DNA from: Octopus bimaculoides
Taxonomy: Eukaryota
NCBI RefSeq assembly: GCF_001194135.2
Contig: NC_068982.1
Location: 176,345,085 to 176,388,177 of the forward strand
DNA: 43,093 nt
Direction: 5' to 3'
Under the pieces are notes generated by a model. That model saw nothing but the letters and a program-made list of their open reading frames with translations. It had not been told where the DNA came from and made no database searches. The position numbers and the translations under genes were made by a program. This document shows, in pieces, positions 1 to 11,501 of this stretch. Every line of letters begins with the position of its first letter. Position 1 is the stretch's first letter.

Positions 1-1010
1 ATTAGACAGTTCTTCTCCTTATCGCTCACCAGGACTCACCCGGAGTTCACGGCTGAGTTTATTTTCAGTTTTAGTAGTTCTCAGCTTTTTGCTCGTTTTA
101 TTGTACGCTGTCGCGTAAACTAGTCTTTGGGAATTTGGGGCAATGGATATGTGTGCCATCGTCTGTCAGGAGGTGCAGGATGAGGGTTGGTGACTGCAGT
201 GGGAGGGTGGGACAGCATGGGATCGGATATGAGTTGGGTGGGAGTAGGGTGGTGGTTGACATTTTTTGTTTAGTTATTTTTTAAATTTTTTCCTCTTTTT
301 CGTTTGTGTACATCATTCTTCTTGCCTTTGTTCTCCCTTCTCTGGTTCTTCCCCGCGCGCATATCACGTCCCTGGTGGTGGAGGTGCAGTTTTCTCATCT
401 GGAGTCCTTGCGTTGGGTGGAGGGTATTCTGCTTAAATGTGTCCTTTTTCGCCACATTTAAAGCAATGCCCTCCATCATGACTCTCAACATTACGTCTTC
501 ACCAAACTGTGATGGTTTCTACCTTCCTTTCCAAATCTCCTAGCCGGTCTGGATTGCCATTTCCAGGCCCTGCCCTTGCCAATTATTTGTAGACACTCTT
601 TTGACCAAGAGGACCACAATTTTGTCCTCCAATCCCAAAAGGATGGTGACTACCAGTCAGGCAACATCTACCTCAAGAGGGATCTCTTCTACCCTTACCT
701 TAGAAGCAGGTCTTCCCAGGTATATGGGTAGAAAGACCACCCCTTCCATCTTGAGGGGAATCACGGGATGCTACCTAACCACAAACTCTGACACAAACCG
801 CACCTCCATTGTTGCAAATTTCCTTCCTCTAGAGAGGCATTTTATTTCCTTCCATATGGGCCTCAAAGCACTTCCAACTTTTGATTTAGTCGTGACCTCT
901 ATTCGTTGGTGTTTTACACTGTAAGTTCTGCACAACATAATTCTTGCAACCTCTTCCGTAGTCTCGCTAGGATGGGACACATTTACGTCGTTCCCCTCTC
1001 TTTTCAGCAT
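1..1010 (-). mobile_element. Decayed L1/Tx1-like LINE ORF1 (gag-like, zinc knuckle); runs off the left edge
   Basis: Manual minus-strand translation gives ...SALRPIWKEIKCLSRGRKFATMEVRF...LPIYLGRPASKVRVEEIPLEVDVA*LV..., then after a frameshift CFKCGEKGHI*AEYP at 421-465 (degenerate CX2CX4HX4C). Aligns by eye with ORF1 of the element at 11565-14485. Confidence 0.8.
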
Positions 1011-1265
1011 TTTTTTGATATAAAATATTTTCCTACTAAACCATGTTAAGGCCAGAGCATTATTGTATTCCGGTGCATGCTTATTAAAAAGTTGCTTAGT
1101 TCCCGATAAATTCGACACCCTAATTGATATAGCAGTGACAATACTATCTATATTTGATCTTGGGTGCTTTGATGAGGCACTAATATAGAGAAGGGATTTA
1201 TTAAGTTTACGATAAGGGTAAAATAGGCCTATGTTCAAATCAGGGCTTACATCTAAGAAGTTTAC
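1010..1265 (-). mobile_element. Penelope-like element RT C-terminal (thumb) fragment
   Basis: Translation VVNFLDVSPDLNIGLFYPYRKLNKSLLYISASSKHPRSNIDSIVTAISIRVSNLS...FNKHAPEYNNAL fits the PLE pattern FLDV...PYRKPN...SNHP...YNNAL. Confidence 0.8.
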
Positions 1266-1520
1266 TACCCTAGAATTAGGGTAGTACTAAACCTATTCCA
1301 ATACAATGGTAAATTGTCTTTCCTTGGGACTGAACAGATTGGAGCAATATCGAGAATAACCAGCCGAAATTGCAAGGATAATCTGGATCTCGACCGAGGA
1401 AAGAAAACTCCGAATGACCTGTCCGTGTCTTCTTTGTGTCGTCTATCTGGATGTTTTGTCCCTTTCTTGTATCACCTAACTGTCTGGATGTTTTGCATTC
1501 TTGTCCCATTCTGTATTATT

Positions 1521-1545
1521 TATATATATATATATATATATATAT
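1521..1545. repeat. (TA)n microsatellite
   Basis: Direct reading. Confidence 0.95.
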
Positions 1546-1599
1546 CTGAGCTACAAGCAAACAGTAGCGGCACGGGATCGTGAAGTATATTTGCCACTT

Positions 1600-1880
1600 A
1601 AATGTGGTGAAGCCATACGAGAAGTGGCCGATTAGTATTTGCGATGGAAAATAAGAACTACCCAGGATAGCTTTCCACCAGATAGGAGCTGTCTGTTCCA
1701 GCTCTTACAACATTATGACTGGATGTTGAGGAGCTACTCAACAACTCAAATGTGGCGGTTATTGTACCTTGATTTTGCAAAAGCTTTTGACAAAGTGGGC
1801 CATGGTATGATATGCCACAAACTGCGTGATCTCGGCATAGCTGGAATACTTGGAGAGTGGTTATATGACCTCTCATTCTG
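1600..1880 (+). mobile_element. CR1-group LINE reverse transcriptase fragment
   Basis: ORF 1639-1881: DRSCLFQLLQHYDWML...LYLDFAKAFDKVGHGMICHKLRDLGIAGILGEWLYD; RT motif YLDFAKAFDKV; same family as 36688-38550. Confidence 0.9.
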
Positions 1881-1930
1881 AACGTTCTCAGGATCCAGCC
1901 ACCCAGTCGTCTACACTCTGTTGGCATCGA

Positions 1931-2330
1931 TATATATATATATATATATATNNNNNNNNNNNNNNNNNNNNNNNNNNNNNNNNNNNNNNNNNNNNNNNNN
2001 NNNNNNNNNNNNNNNNNNNNNNNNNNNNNNNNNNNNNNNNNNNNNNNNNNNNNNNNNNNNNNNNNNNNNNNNNNNNNNNNNNNNNNNNNNNNNNNNNNNN
2101 NNNNNNNNNNNNNNNNNNNNNNNNNNNNNNNNNNNNNNNNNNNNNNNNNNNNNNNNNNNNNNNNNNNNNNNNNNNNNNNNNNNNNNNNNNNNNNNNNNNN
2201 NNNNNNNNNNNNNNNNNNNNNNNNNNNNNNNNNNNNNNNNNNNNNNNNNNNNNNNNNNNNNNNNNNNNNNNNNNNNNNNNNNNNNNNNNNNNNNNNNNNA
2301 TATATGTATATACAGATACATATATATAAT
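1931..2330. repeat. (TA)n-flanked assembly gap (N 1952-2299)
   Basis: TA repeats on both sides of the N run. Confidence 0.95.
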
Positions 2331-3757
2331 TCTGTATTTGTGTGTGTGCGTGTAAGATTAATATTTTAGAAATAAATTCCAATTTTATCTTTCCAATTTT
2401 AAGAATTATTCATAACAACAGCATTTCACAAGAAAATGAACGAAAAGATTATTTCGTATTTGTTTCCATTTTCTTCTCTTGTCAATGATTTCAGCTATAG
2501 CTATCGAGTGTGTTTAAGCTTAAAATCTGGAACAGAAAAGCACACAACTTGAAGAGTATTCATGTATACCCCACAAACCCGCAAATGGTTATAAAGCGAC
2601 GAACTTCCCAATCACAGCACCCCTCATTATCATTTCATATACATGTGCATATAAGTGGATGAGCATATTCGCTCAAAAGAAACATTTACTTTTCAGTTTT
2701 CTTTTTTATTTCTAGACCATACGTCTCTTTTGTCTTCATCTTTCTATTACGTCTCTTAATCGGAAATCTTCTGGGAGTCAATGAAAGAAACATATGTCCT
2801 TTTCACAATATGCAGCCACTGAAGTCATCATCCTTGTACTGCCAATACTAACTCCACCGCTATCATCTACACGAAAATGTAAAACGTATCGACTAAGTTA
2901 TTAATCTGACCTCTATTAGAATGCCAACAACTAAGACCTGTTAATGATATACACATCAGTTGTAGCAATTGAAAAAATTTCAACAGCAGCAATAGACGTA
3001 ACAAAAACAAATTAAACAACGCTATTAGCAATGTTTACTGGAACAACAGAAACAACGGCTAATAAACCATAACAACAGTTAACATTGAGGATCAAACGTG
3101 TAAAAATATCGTTTAATTCTTAGTCTTTCTTCCATATTTTCAGCTAAATTATAACAAGAAAGAATTTTGATTATGTAGTTTGCTTCATTTTAATTGCTTT
3201 TATTCGTTCCAATTTTATGTTTTAGTTATTCGTTTTCTACGTGTCTGATTTTATTTTATTTTCGTTACGATGTCAAGTTTTTGCAATGAATTTATGTTTA
3301 CGTTGAAACTTTTTTTTAATCATTTTCTTAGTGTTTTATAAATTATCGTTGTAATTGTATGTTGTTTCCGTAAAGATTTTATGCTGTCAGTATGATTTCA
3401 TTGTTTTTCCGTTGTGATTACATATTTGCTTCGTATTGAGATTTTGTGTTTCCGGTGATTTTGTAAACTTTTGTTGTTAGTTTATATACATATCCGTTGT
3501 GACTATGTTTTGACACAACAATAACGTTTGTTTCGTCTTCCTATGCTAGAAATGACGTTTGTTGTTGACTACTTTCATTTTGACGGTTAACGCTTTATCT
3601 TTTAAAAAGAAATATATTCTTTTATTTTCCTAGACCCCTGATTGATAGATTTCTTTTATTTAAAATTCTTTCCGTTCTCTTTTTCTGCTTTGTTGCTTTA
3701 CTTCTTCTCGATACGAATTATAATCATTGTTGTCATTTCGACAACATCCTCATCATC

Positions 3758-3834
3758 CTTCTTCTTCTTCTTCTTCTGCTTCTTCTTCTTCTTCTTCTTC
3801 TTCTTCTTCTTCTTCTTCTTCTTCTTCTTCTTCT

Positions 3835-3881
<47 letters not shown>

Positions 3882-3922
3882 TTCTTCTTCTTCTGCTTCT
3901 TCTTCTTCTTCTTCTTCTTCTT
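3758..3922. repeat. (CTT)n microsatellite
   Basis: Direct reading, few interruptions. Confidence 0.97.
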
Positions 3923-4825
3923 AATTTCCTTGTGGCTATTTTCCATTTTCATCTTGACATTGACACCTATCTGATGTTAAATTGTTCCTGACAGCAATGA
4001 AGAAGAAAGCGTATTATTTCAGATCTGTCAAAATGAATGTATGTCGTGAGACGTTGAATAGCAGAACAGTTGGCCAATTTGTATCACAATATTTTCTTAA
4101 TACACATTGCGTAAATTAAGTGTTGACTTTAAGTTGACAGCGTAGGCTGAGCATCAATATATATGAAAATGACTGAAGGACGTAATTTTGCAAGACAAAG
4201 GCATGAGTGTTTTACTGATTGACATAAGTGTCTTAATAATTGACTTAATAATAATTTGTAACACGAGCACACTGCTACAAATCATGTTACAGCCTATAGA
4301 CAATTATATCAACATCACAACTTGACCGAATCATAGACTTTGAATTCAGAATACTAGAGCTAAGAATGAGTGTGAGCGTGAGTAATTTTTGTTATCGCAA
4401 AAAGTTGAGCGATCAGAAGATTCGGATAAAGGACCTTCGATTATTCTTATTTCAACAACTCAGACTTCTCACCTTATCAACTTTTAAGCATATTGACATC
4501 TACAAATTCTCTTGGATTATATTAAAATGAATGAAAGTTCAGCAAAGTTATGAAAGTCACATTAAGAAGAGATACATTAATCAAAACACATATATAAAGC
4601 GATATTTAGAGGCTGAAATCAAAGAACGTTCCAAGGAAATACAAAACTGCATGGCCTGCTAGAAATAACAGCAAATTTTCATTGAAATCATACGACATCA
4701 CTTTAAAATGTGAAGAACACATTAAATACATGTAAACTGGACAAAACGTATAACAGTTTAAATTCTTGTAGACCTAGGTTTGCCCGATTTCAGGCGATCA
4801 GTATCTAGACAATAACCTAGACTGG

Positions 4826-5250
<425 letters not shown>

Positions 5251-6109
5251 TAAAACAAACCTCAAAATAATAAAATGATAACATCGAAGACATGACTACC
5301 AAAAGAATCCTATAAAACACCAATTGCGCACTAATATGAACCAGAGAGAAAGAGCATAGGAAGGGGTCACTATATCGTTGCACCACTCCTAGAGATAGCT
5401 GGCAAATCTCTCAACAGAAAGATTGCTTATGAATGAACCAGAAATGGTCTTCGAGAAGGACAGACCGACCATACATTTAGATTTGTCGTTGTACGTAGAG
5501 GGATTAAGGCTAGTTGACAAATGTCATTTCCAAGTTTATCAATGAAATAAGGTTTTTCCTAATTGAATTGTCAGCCCCACCTGATGATTAAAAATGGAGA
5601 AATTATTCAAATAAAACTATCTGAAAACGGAAATAACTCATAAAAGGGTGTCGAAAACAGAAGCAGATACTTTCCACTGGCTACACTGAATTTTTACTCG
5701 TTTCTTTTATACAAATTCCTCAGGCCATAAATTTGTTCAGTTCTTTTTCGTATGCTTAAGTGTTTTGACTACTGAAGATAAGGTTGGGCAATTTTGATGC
5801 CATGAAGACATTTGATGCAGAGATACGTGCCCACGACTACGCTCTTATTCGTAGATAATAAGGCTGTCTTTTTCCTATATGGCATGTTAACTATGGAGAG
5901 TACTTGATTCTTGTGGTTATCTCTCCTTCTCACGTGGAGCTGGTCTCACTCGCTAGTTGGTAATTGTGACACATTCCCAAGAGGCAGAGATAATTTTAAT
6001 GAATCAAGAAATTCTGTTGGATGATGTTTGATATTAGGCGTGTTAGAAATATTTGTTTTAAAAAAGAAAAGAGTTACATAACCAACAAACATCAAAGTAC
6101 AACATATAA

Positions 6110-6140
6110 GAGAGAGAGAGAAAGAGGGAGAGAGAAGGGG

Positions 6141-6188
<48 letters not shown>

Positions 6189-6199
6189 GAGAGAGAGAG
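6110..6199. repeat. (GA)n microsatellite
   Basis: Direct reading. Confidence 0.95.
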
Positions 6200-6607
6200 C
6201 ATTACACTGCAATGCACACAATGCGGAAAGTATCTTCAGTATATCAGAAAATACAGAACCAAAACAAAATACTGTATATACTGTAAGGCACGGGGAGGTA
6301 TGGAATGGCACCTATGTTAAAGAGGGTGGTTACCGTCCGATAGGTGTAGTGATATCTTAGCGACAACAGATCAATTGAAAATGCAAGTAACTGCAGCTGA
6401 CCTTCATTGACTAAGAGTCATTAGGTACTCCACGTTCTATTTGGAACGTTAGATCTATTATCGCCAAGTTATCACAACAACAGCGTCAAAATAATTGACA
6501 AATTCATACATTAAGAAAGAAGATATCATGTTTTTCTTCACCTTGGCTTCATCTATCCGAGGAGGTGGTCATGTTTTCATTTTCTACTAAATTTTACGTA
6601 ACATTCT

Positions 6608-7001
6608 TTTCTATTCTAGGCACAAGGCCTGAAATTTTGGGAGAGAGGCCAGTCAATTAGATCGACCCCAGTACGCAACAGGTACTTAATTTATCGACTC
6701 CGAAAGGATGAGAGCCAAAGTCGACCTCAGCGGAATTTGAACTCAGAACGTAAAGACAGACGAAATACCTGTTTCTTTATTGCCAACAAGGAGCTAAACA
6801 TAGAGGGGACAAACAAGGACAGACAAAGGGATTAAGTCGATTACATCGACTCCAGAGCGTAACTGGTACTAAATTCATCGACCCCGAAAGGATGAAAGAC
6901 AAAGTCGACCTCTGCGGAATTTGATCTCAGAACGTAATATCAGACGAAATATCGCTAAGCATTTTGCCCAACGTGTTAACGTTTCTGCCAGCTCACCGCC
7001 T
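6608..7001 (-). mobile_element. Tandem dimer of the main tRNA-derived SINE family
   Basis: Two monomers (6608-6770, 6771-7001), each with ATCGACYCCGAAAGGATGA..AAAGTCGACCTC..CGGAATTTGA.CTCAGAACGTAA; intact head CTGCCAGCTCACCGCC at the right end. Confidence 0.9.
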
Positions 7002-7019
7002 GACATTAGTCAAATATTG

Positions 7020-9050
7020 AAGAACCGCCACTCCTCAAATTTACTGGCCTTGTGTCCAAATCAGAAACTGCTTTTTGTTTTAATCAAAAGCAATAAATTG
7101 ACTCAGTGTAGCGTGACGGAAAATGTGGTTTGTGGATGTTTCTCTGGTTCTCTACATCCTGAGTTCAAGCCCAACCCATACAAATTTCGCCTGTCATCTT
7201 TTCATAATCTACGAAATAAAATACCATTTTGGCAACGATGTCAATATAATTGTCTCTTCCTAAGTCGGAGAGCTAGAAGAATCGTCAGCATGCCGGGCAA
7301 AATGCTAAGCAGTATTTCGTCTGTCTTTACGTCCTCAGTTCAAATTCCTCTAAGGTCGACTTTCCCTTTCGGTTGAGCACAGGGGTCGATATAATCGACT
7401 TACCTGTCCCCGAAATTGTTGATTTTGTGTCATAATTTGAAACCAAATATAATTAACTGCTTCTTCCTCCGAAATTTCTGGATTTGTGCCTTTGATACAA
7501 ATAATTACTATAATTACTGATGGTATTGAATTGGTAGAATAGTTAGCGCATCAGAAAAATGTTTTGCTTATTTGTTGACTTTTTTACGTTGTGGGTTCAA
7601 ATCCGACCGAAGTCAACTTCACCTTTCATCCTTCTGAGCTCTAAATAATAATATGCCACTCAACTATTGGTGATACTATGACGGACCATATCCTTCCTAT
7701 CAAAATTGAAGGTCTTCTTCCTAAATTAGAAATAATAATTACTAATATTGATAGTGTTAGATATTCGGCTCGTTAGGTTGCTGAACAAAATGCTTTGCTG
7801 CATGTAGTTATCTCCCTTTGTGTTACACTTTTAGATCCCACAAGAATCAGCTTAATCTTTTTACTCTTACAAGGTAACAATCTATGTACTGGGTTCAATG
7901 AAATCTATAGCCCGTCACAGCCCGTACACACTTACCAAAAATATATGGCCTTGTGCGTCAATTAGAAACTCTCATCAATTTCAAGACTTGTTTGTAAATC
8001 AGAAATAATAATTTTTTTAGGGCAGTTAATCATTCGCATTGGCAAAATCGTTAGACCTTTGGAGTAAAGGTCATGCAGCATTTGCTATGGTACGTTACAT
8101 AATGAGTTCAAATCCCAGCATGTACTTATATCAGAAATTATTACTATAACGGTGAAGTAAAGCGGCGAGCTGTTAGAATAATTAGCACGCCGGACAAAAT
8201 TGCTTAGCAGCATTTCGTCCGTCTTTACGTTCTGAGATCAAAAGCCCTCGAGATTGATTTTGTCTTCATTCTTTCGGGGCCAATAAAATAAGTACTACCC
8301 CAACACTGGAGTCGATGTTCATCGACTTAGCCCCTGCCCCCGCAAAATTTCTAGGCTTTGTAACTATAGTAGAAAGAATTATTATAAAGTTAGTATCCAG
8401 CGAGTGTTCTACGCAACACAATTGTTTGCCAAGCGATATATGATTGTTATTCTGACTCACATGGTGTACTCTGCTCTAAGGACAGCGGATAGTCAAAATC
8501 ATTAGCGTATCGGGACAAAATTCCTTGCAATATTTGTTCCGGTTCAAAGGCGGCGAGCTGGCAGAAATATTAGAACGCCGGTGGAAATGCTTAGCGGTAT
8601 TTGTTTTCGTTCTGAGTTCAAATGCCGCTGAGTTTGACTTTGCCCTTCATCATTTCGGGGTCGATAAATTAAGTACCAATTGCATATTGGGGTCGATCTA
8701 ATCGACTGGCCCCCTCCCCCAAAATTTTGTTCCTTGTGCCTAGATTAGAAAAGAATATTTGTTCCGGTTCTTTACGTTCCACGATCAAATCCTGCCGATG
8801 CCAACCGATTTTTTATCGAGTAGGATCGTTAAAATAACTACATCACACGTAACGAGATCAAAACAATTGACTACTCCTTCCCCACCCAAATTTTTTACTA
8901 TCATTAAGGTGGCTTATATTGTAAAGTGGCTGACAGAATTGGTTTAGCCAAAGGAAATAAATTAAGCGATTTATTTTGGACTGTTAAAGTTTTGATTTAA
9001 GTGAGGTGAACTTCCGAGGCAATTTTAATCAATTGGGGTCTTTTGCAAAT
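7020..9050 (+). mobile_element. Cluster of about 8-9 same-orientation SINE copies of varying age
   Basis: Heads or bodies at about 7020-7065 (3' end only), 7095-7230, 7262-7445, 7520-7735, 7760-7975, 8015-8150, 8158-8385, 8475-8900 (host copy) and 8546-8753; recurring GGCGAGCTG, GTTCAAAT, GGGTCGAT and CCTTGTG motifs. Confidence 0.8.
8546..8753 (+). mobile_element. Full-length young SINE with 17-bp target-site duplication
   Basis: AAAGGCGGCGAGCTGGCAGAA...GAGTTCAAATGCC...CATTTCGGGGTCGATAAATTAAGTACC...CCTTGTGCCTAGATTAGAAAAG; AATATTTGTTCCGGTTC at 8529-8545 and 8754-8770. Confidence 0.92.
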
Positions 9051-10197
9051 TGGCATAAAAAGCATACAACTTACATTTACTTATGAAGCATGATTTTTCT
9101 TTTGCTTTGGTTTGGTTTTGTTAGTTTGTTATTTCTGTATATACGAACCATTATTTTAATCCTCATTTTCATCCTAATTTTTTTAAAATCCTGTTATATA
9201 ATTTCATACATTATGTATACAAGCCTCTTCAACTATCAACATGTTTTGATTTTCATTTAGTTTCTTGAAACAAAAGCTCGCTTTTCATTTTTATTTCTTT
9301 AGTGATTCTGACTTATTTATTTATTTGTATTTAACTCAACGGCCTGGAAGGAATGATGTGAATTAGCTCTAATACAAAATGACAGCTTTTCATCAAGCAT
9401 TATATGCAATATCTTTCTCAGACCAACTATAGAAGAAAAAAGCATACAAATACAGATGCATCTATTCATCCAGGTAGCCATTCAGCCATAAATGTAAACA
9501 CACAGACATATCTACACTACTCACAGGCACACATGACGACATTAATACACACTTAAATCCACAGACATACTAAATCCAATTTTCTCTCCCTGTATTTCTG
9601 TGGAACGTCGAGGTGGACTAAAACAGTCGAACGTCTTATCAAATAAATGCTTTTCAGTATTAAGTTTCTTCGCTCCTCGTTATTCATCGTCGCACTTTGT
9701 CACTCTCCGTTCGCAATTCAAATGCCACTTACGCAACATCGCCTTCCATTCCTTCTAGATCCATGAAATAAATACCAAGTATACACTAAGAATCAATTTA
9801 ATCTACTATACCCACACTGCCATTGAAAAGTTTTGTCTTTGGACCATGTAAACTAGAATTAGTATTTTGCAGCAACTTATTCCTCATCTATAACAGTTTT
9901 CATTATTTGAAATGCCTTTTACACCCTGTAACCTACTTCTAGCCATGTTCCTTCAATTTTTACAGTTTCCTAAGATCAGCACGTGATTTCATGTTTAAAT
10001 GTAGTGGAAGAAAGATAAATCTGTCCCTTTAAAGAATGCAAACCTATCTAGCATTTGTAACACTTTTGATATGTATTTATAAGGATAATAGATTTTCGGA
10101 AAACTTTCCTCATCGTGAGTACGTTTGTCAACACAATGTTTCGATCAGTAGGCCTTTAATCGTCCTCAGGTGTTATTCATTTATTTTGTCAACTAAA

Positions 10198-10290
10198 TCG
10201 GCGGAATTTGAACTCAGAATGTAGCGACGGGTGAAATACCGCTTAGCATCTCATCCAGCGTGCCAACGATTCTTCCAGCTTGCTGCCTTA
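10198..10290 (-). mobile_element. 5' half of a main-family SINE
   Basis: CGGCGGAATTTGAACTCAGAATGTAG...CCAGCTTGCTGCCTT followed by an AAT-rich tract. Confidence 0.8.
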
Positions 10291-11330
10291 AATAATCATA
10301 ATAATAATAATTATTATTATTAAGCAACAACGAAAAAACTACGAAAATACTCCCTTACATTTCCCCAAAATCTTTCAATTATGATGAACTCTGGATTTTT
10401 GTTGACCATTATTCTTGATTGGTGAAAATTTTCATTGACACCGGATACAGAGGGAAAAAGCTGCAGCCAATGTATCATGGTGTAATTTGATGTTAGTTAC
10501 TGCTTCTACTACTCTTCATACCACCACCAGCGCCACTACAGTTACTATTGTAACACCATTAATTGGATATGAAATATTCTAAAGGAAAAAAAAAATGAGA
10601 ACAATTCAAATAGGAACAAAGAAAAAGAAAAGGAAACAACGAAAATAACGAATATTGTAAATTATGAAGTGAAAGATATTGGACAAACTCAAGTGACACT
10701 AATTGAATCAGACACTCATAATTGCTTTGATTCTATTGTTTAGGTAGCCTCGAAGAAAAGTTAACATATAACTCCTCGTATTCATTGGGAGAACAATTGT
10801 AACCCCTTTAAGTTATTCCTAAAAGCATCTAAAAGCATTTGAAAGAGATTTCTTCAAAATGAAATGAAGAATCAGAATTCTTGATATTTATAAGCTTTAC
10901 CTATTTTATTAGTAATGTAAAAGATGTTGGTTCTAATGATGATAATAACCGATACGGTAATTTTAATGAAACAACACTTTTAATTTACTCATGAGCGAAA
11001 GAGAACATTTTGAAATAAGAAAAATAAGGGAGATGCATTTTCAGGTCCAATCAAGCAGTATATAGGAGAGTGTGCTGAAACATTCCTGGCTTTGGGTAAA
11101 AGAAAATACAGGAGGATCAGTTAATTATAATTTTATTCAAGATATTTCCTTCTCAAATTCTCACAGTTATTGCAGCGGTCCTTCCGTTAATCTAAACCCT
11201 GTAAAAGAAAAACAGCAAAAAACAAACTCGGAAGGTTAGGCCTCCAGCCAGGCCTTTCGCGATATCCTTAGAACAAGGAACTTTTTAGCACTCAATCGTA
11301 GCTGAGAAATATATGAATGCGTGTATATAT

Positions 11331-11447
11331 AAAAGTATGGTCGTCACTAAAGTGACGTAAGGTGTTAGTAAGAACCAGGATTGCTTGAAATAAGAGTCAT
11401 GCTGGTGTTCACTAGCACACTCCGTCACTTTAGTGACGACTATATTT
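11331..11447. repeat. MITE-like fold-back with palindromic arms
   Basis: GTCGTCACTAAAGTGACG (11340-11357) is the exact reverse complement of CGTCACTTTAGTGACGAC (11423-11440); imperfect pairing continues inward and outward. Confidence 0.8.
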
Positions 11448-11501
11448 CTTGCCTTTCGGTTGTAAATTGCAAATAGTCACCTTAATAATATATATGAGCG
11501 T

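Noticed and set aside
2930-3600. A/C-rich block followed by a T/G-rich block, suggesting a large fold-back
   Set aside because: Only compositional complementarity from decayed AAC/GTT repeats; no alignable inverted arms found.
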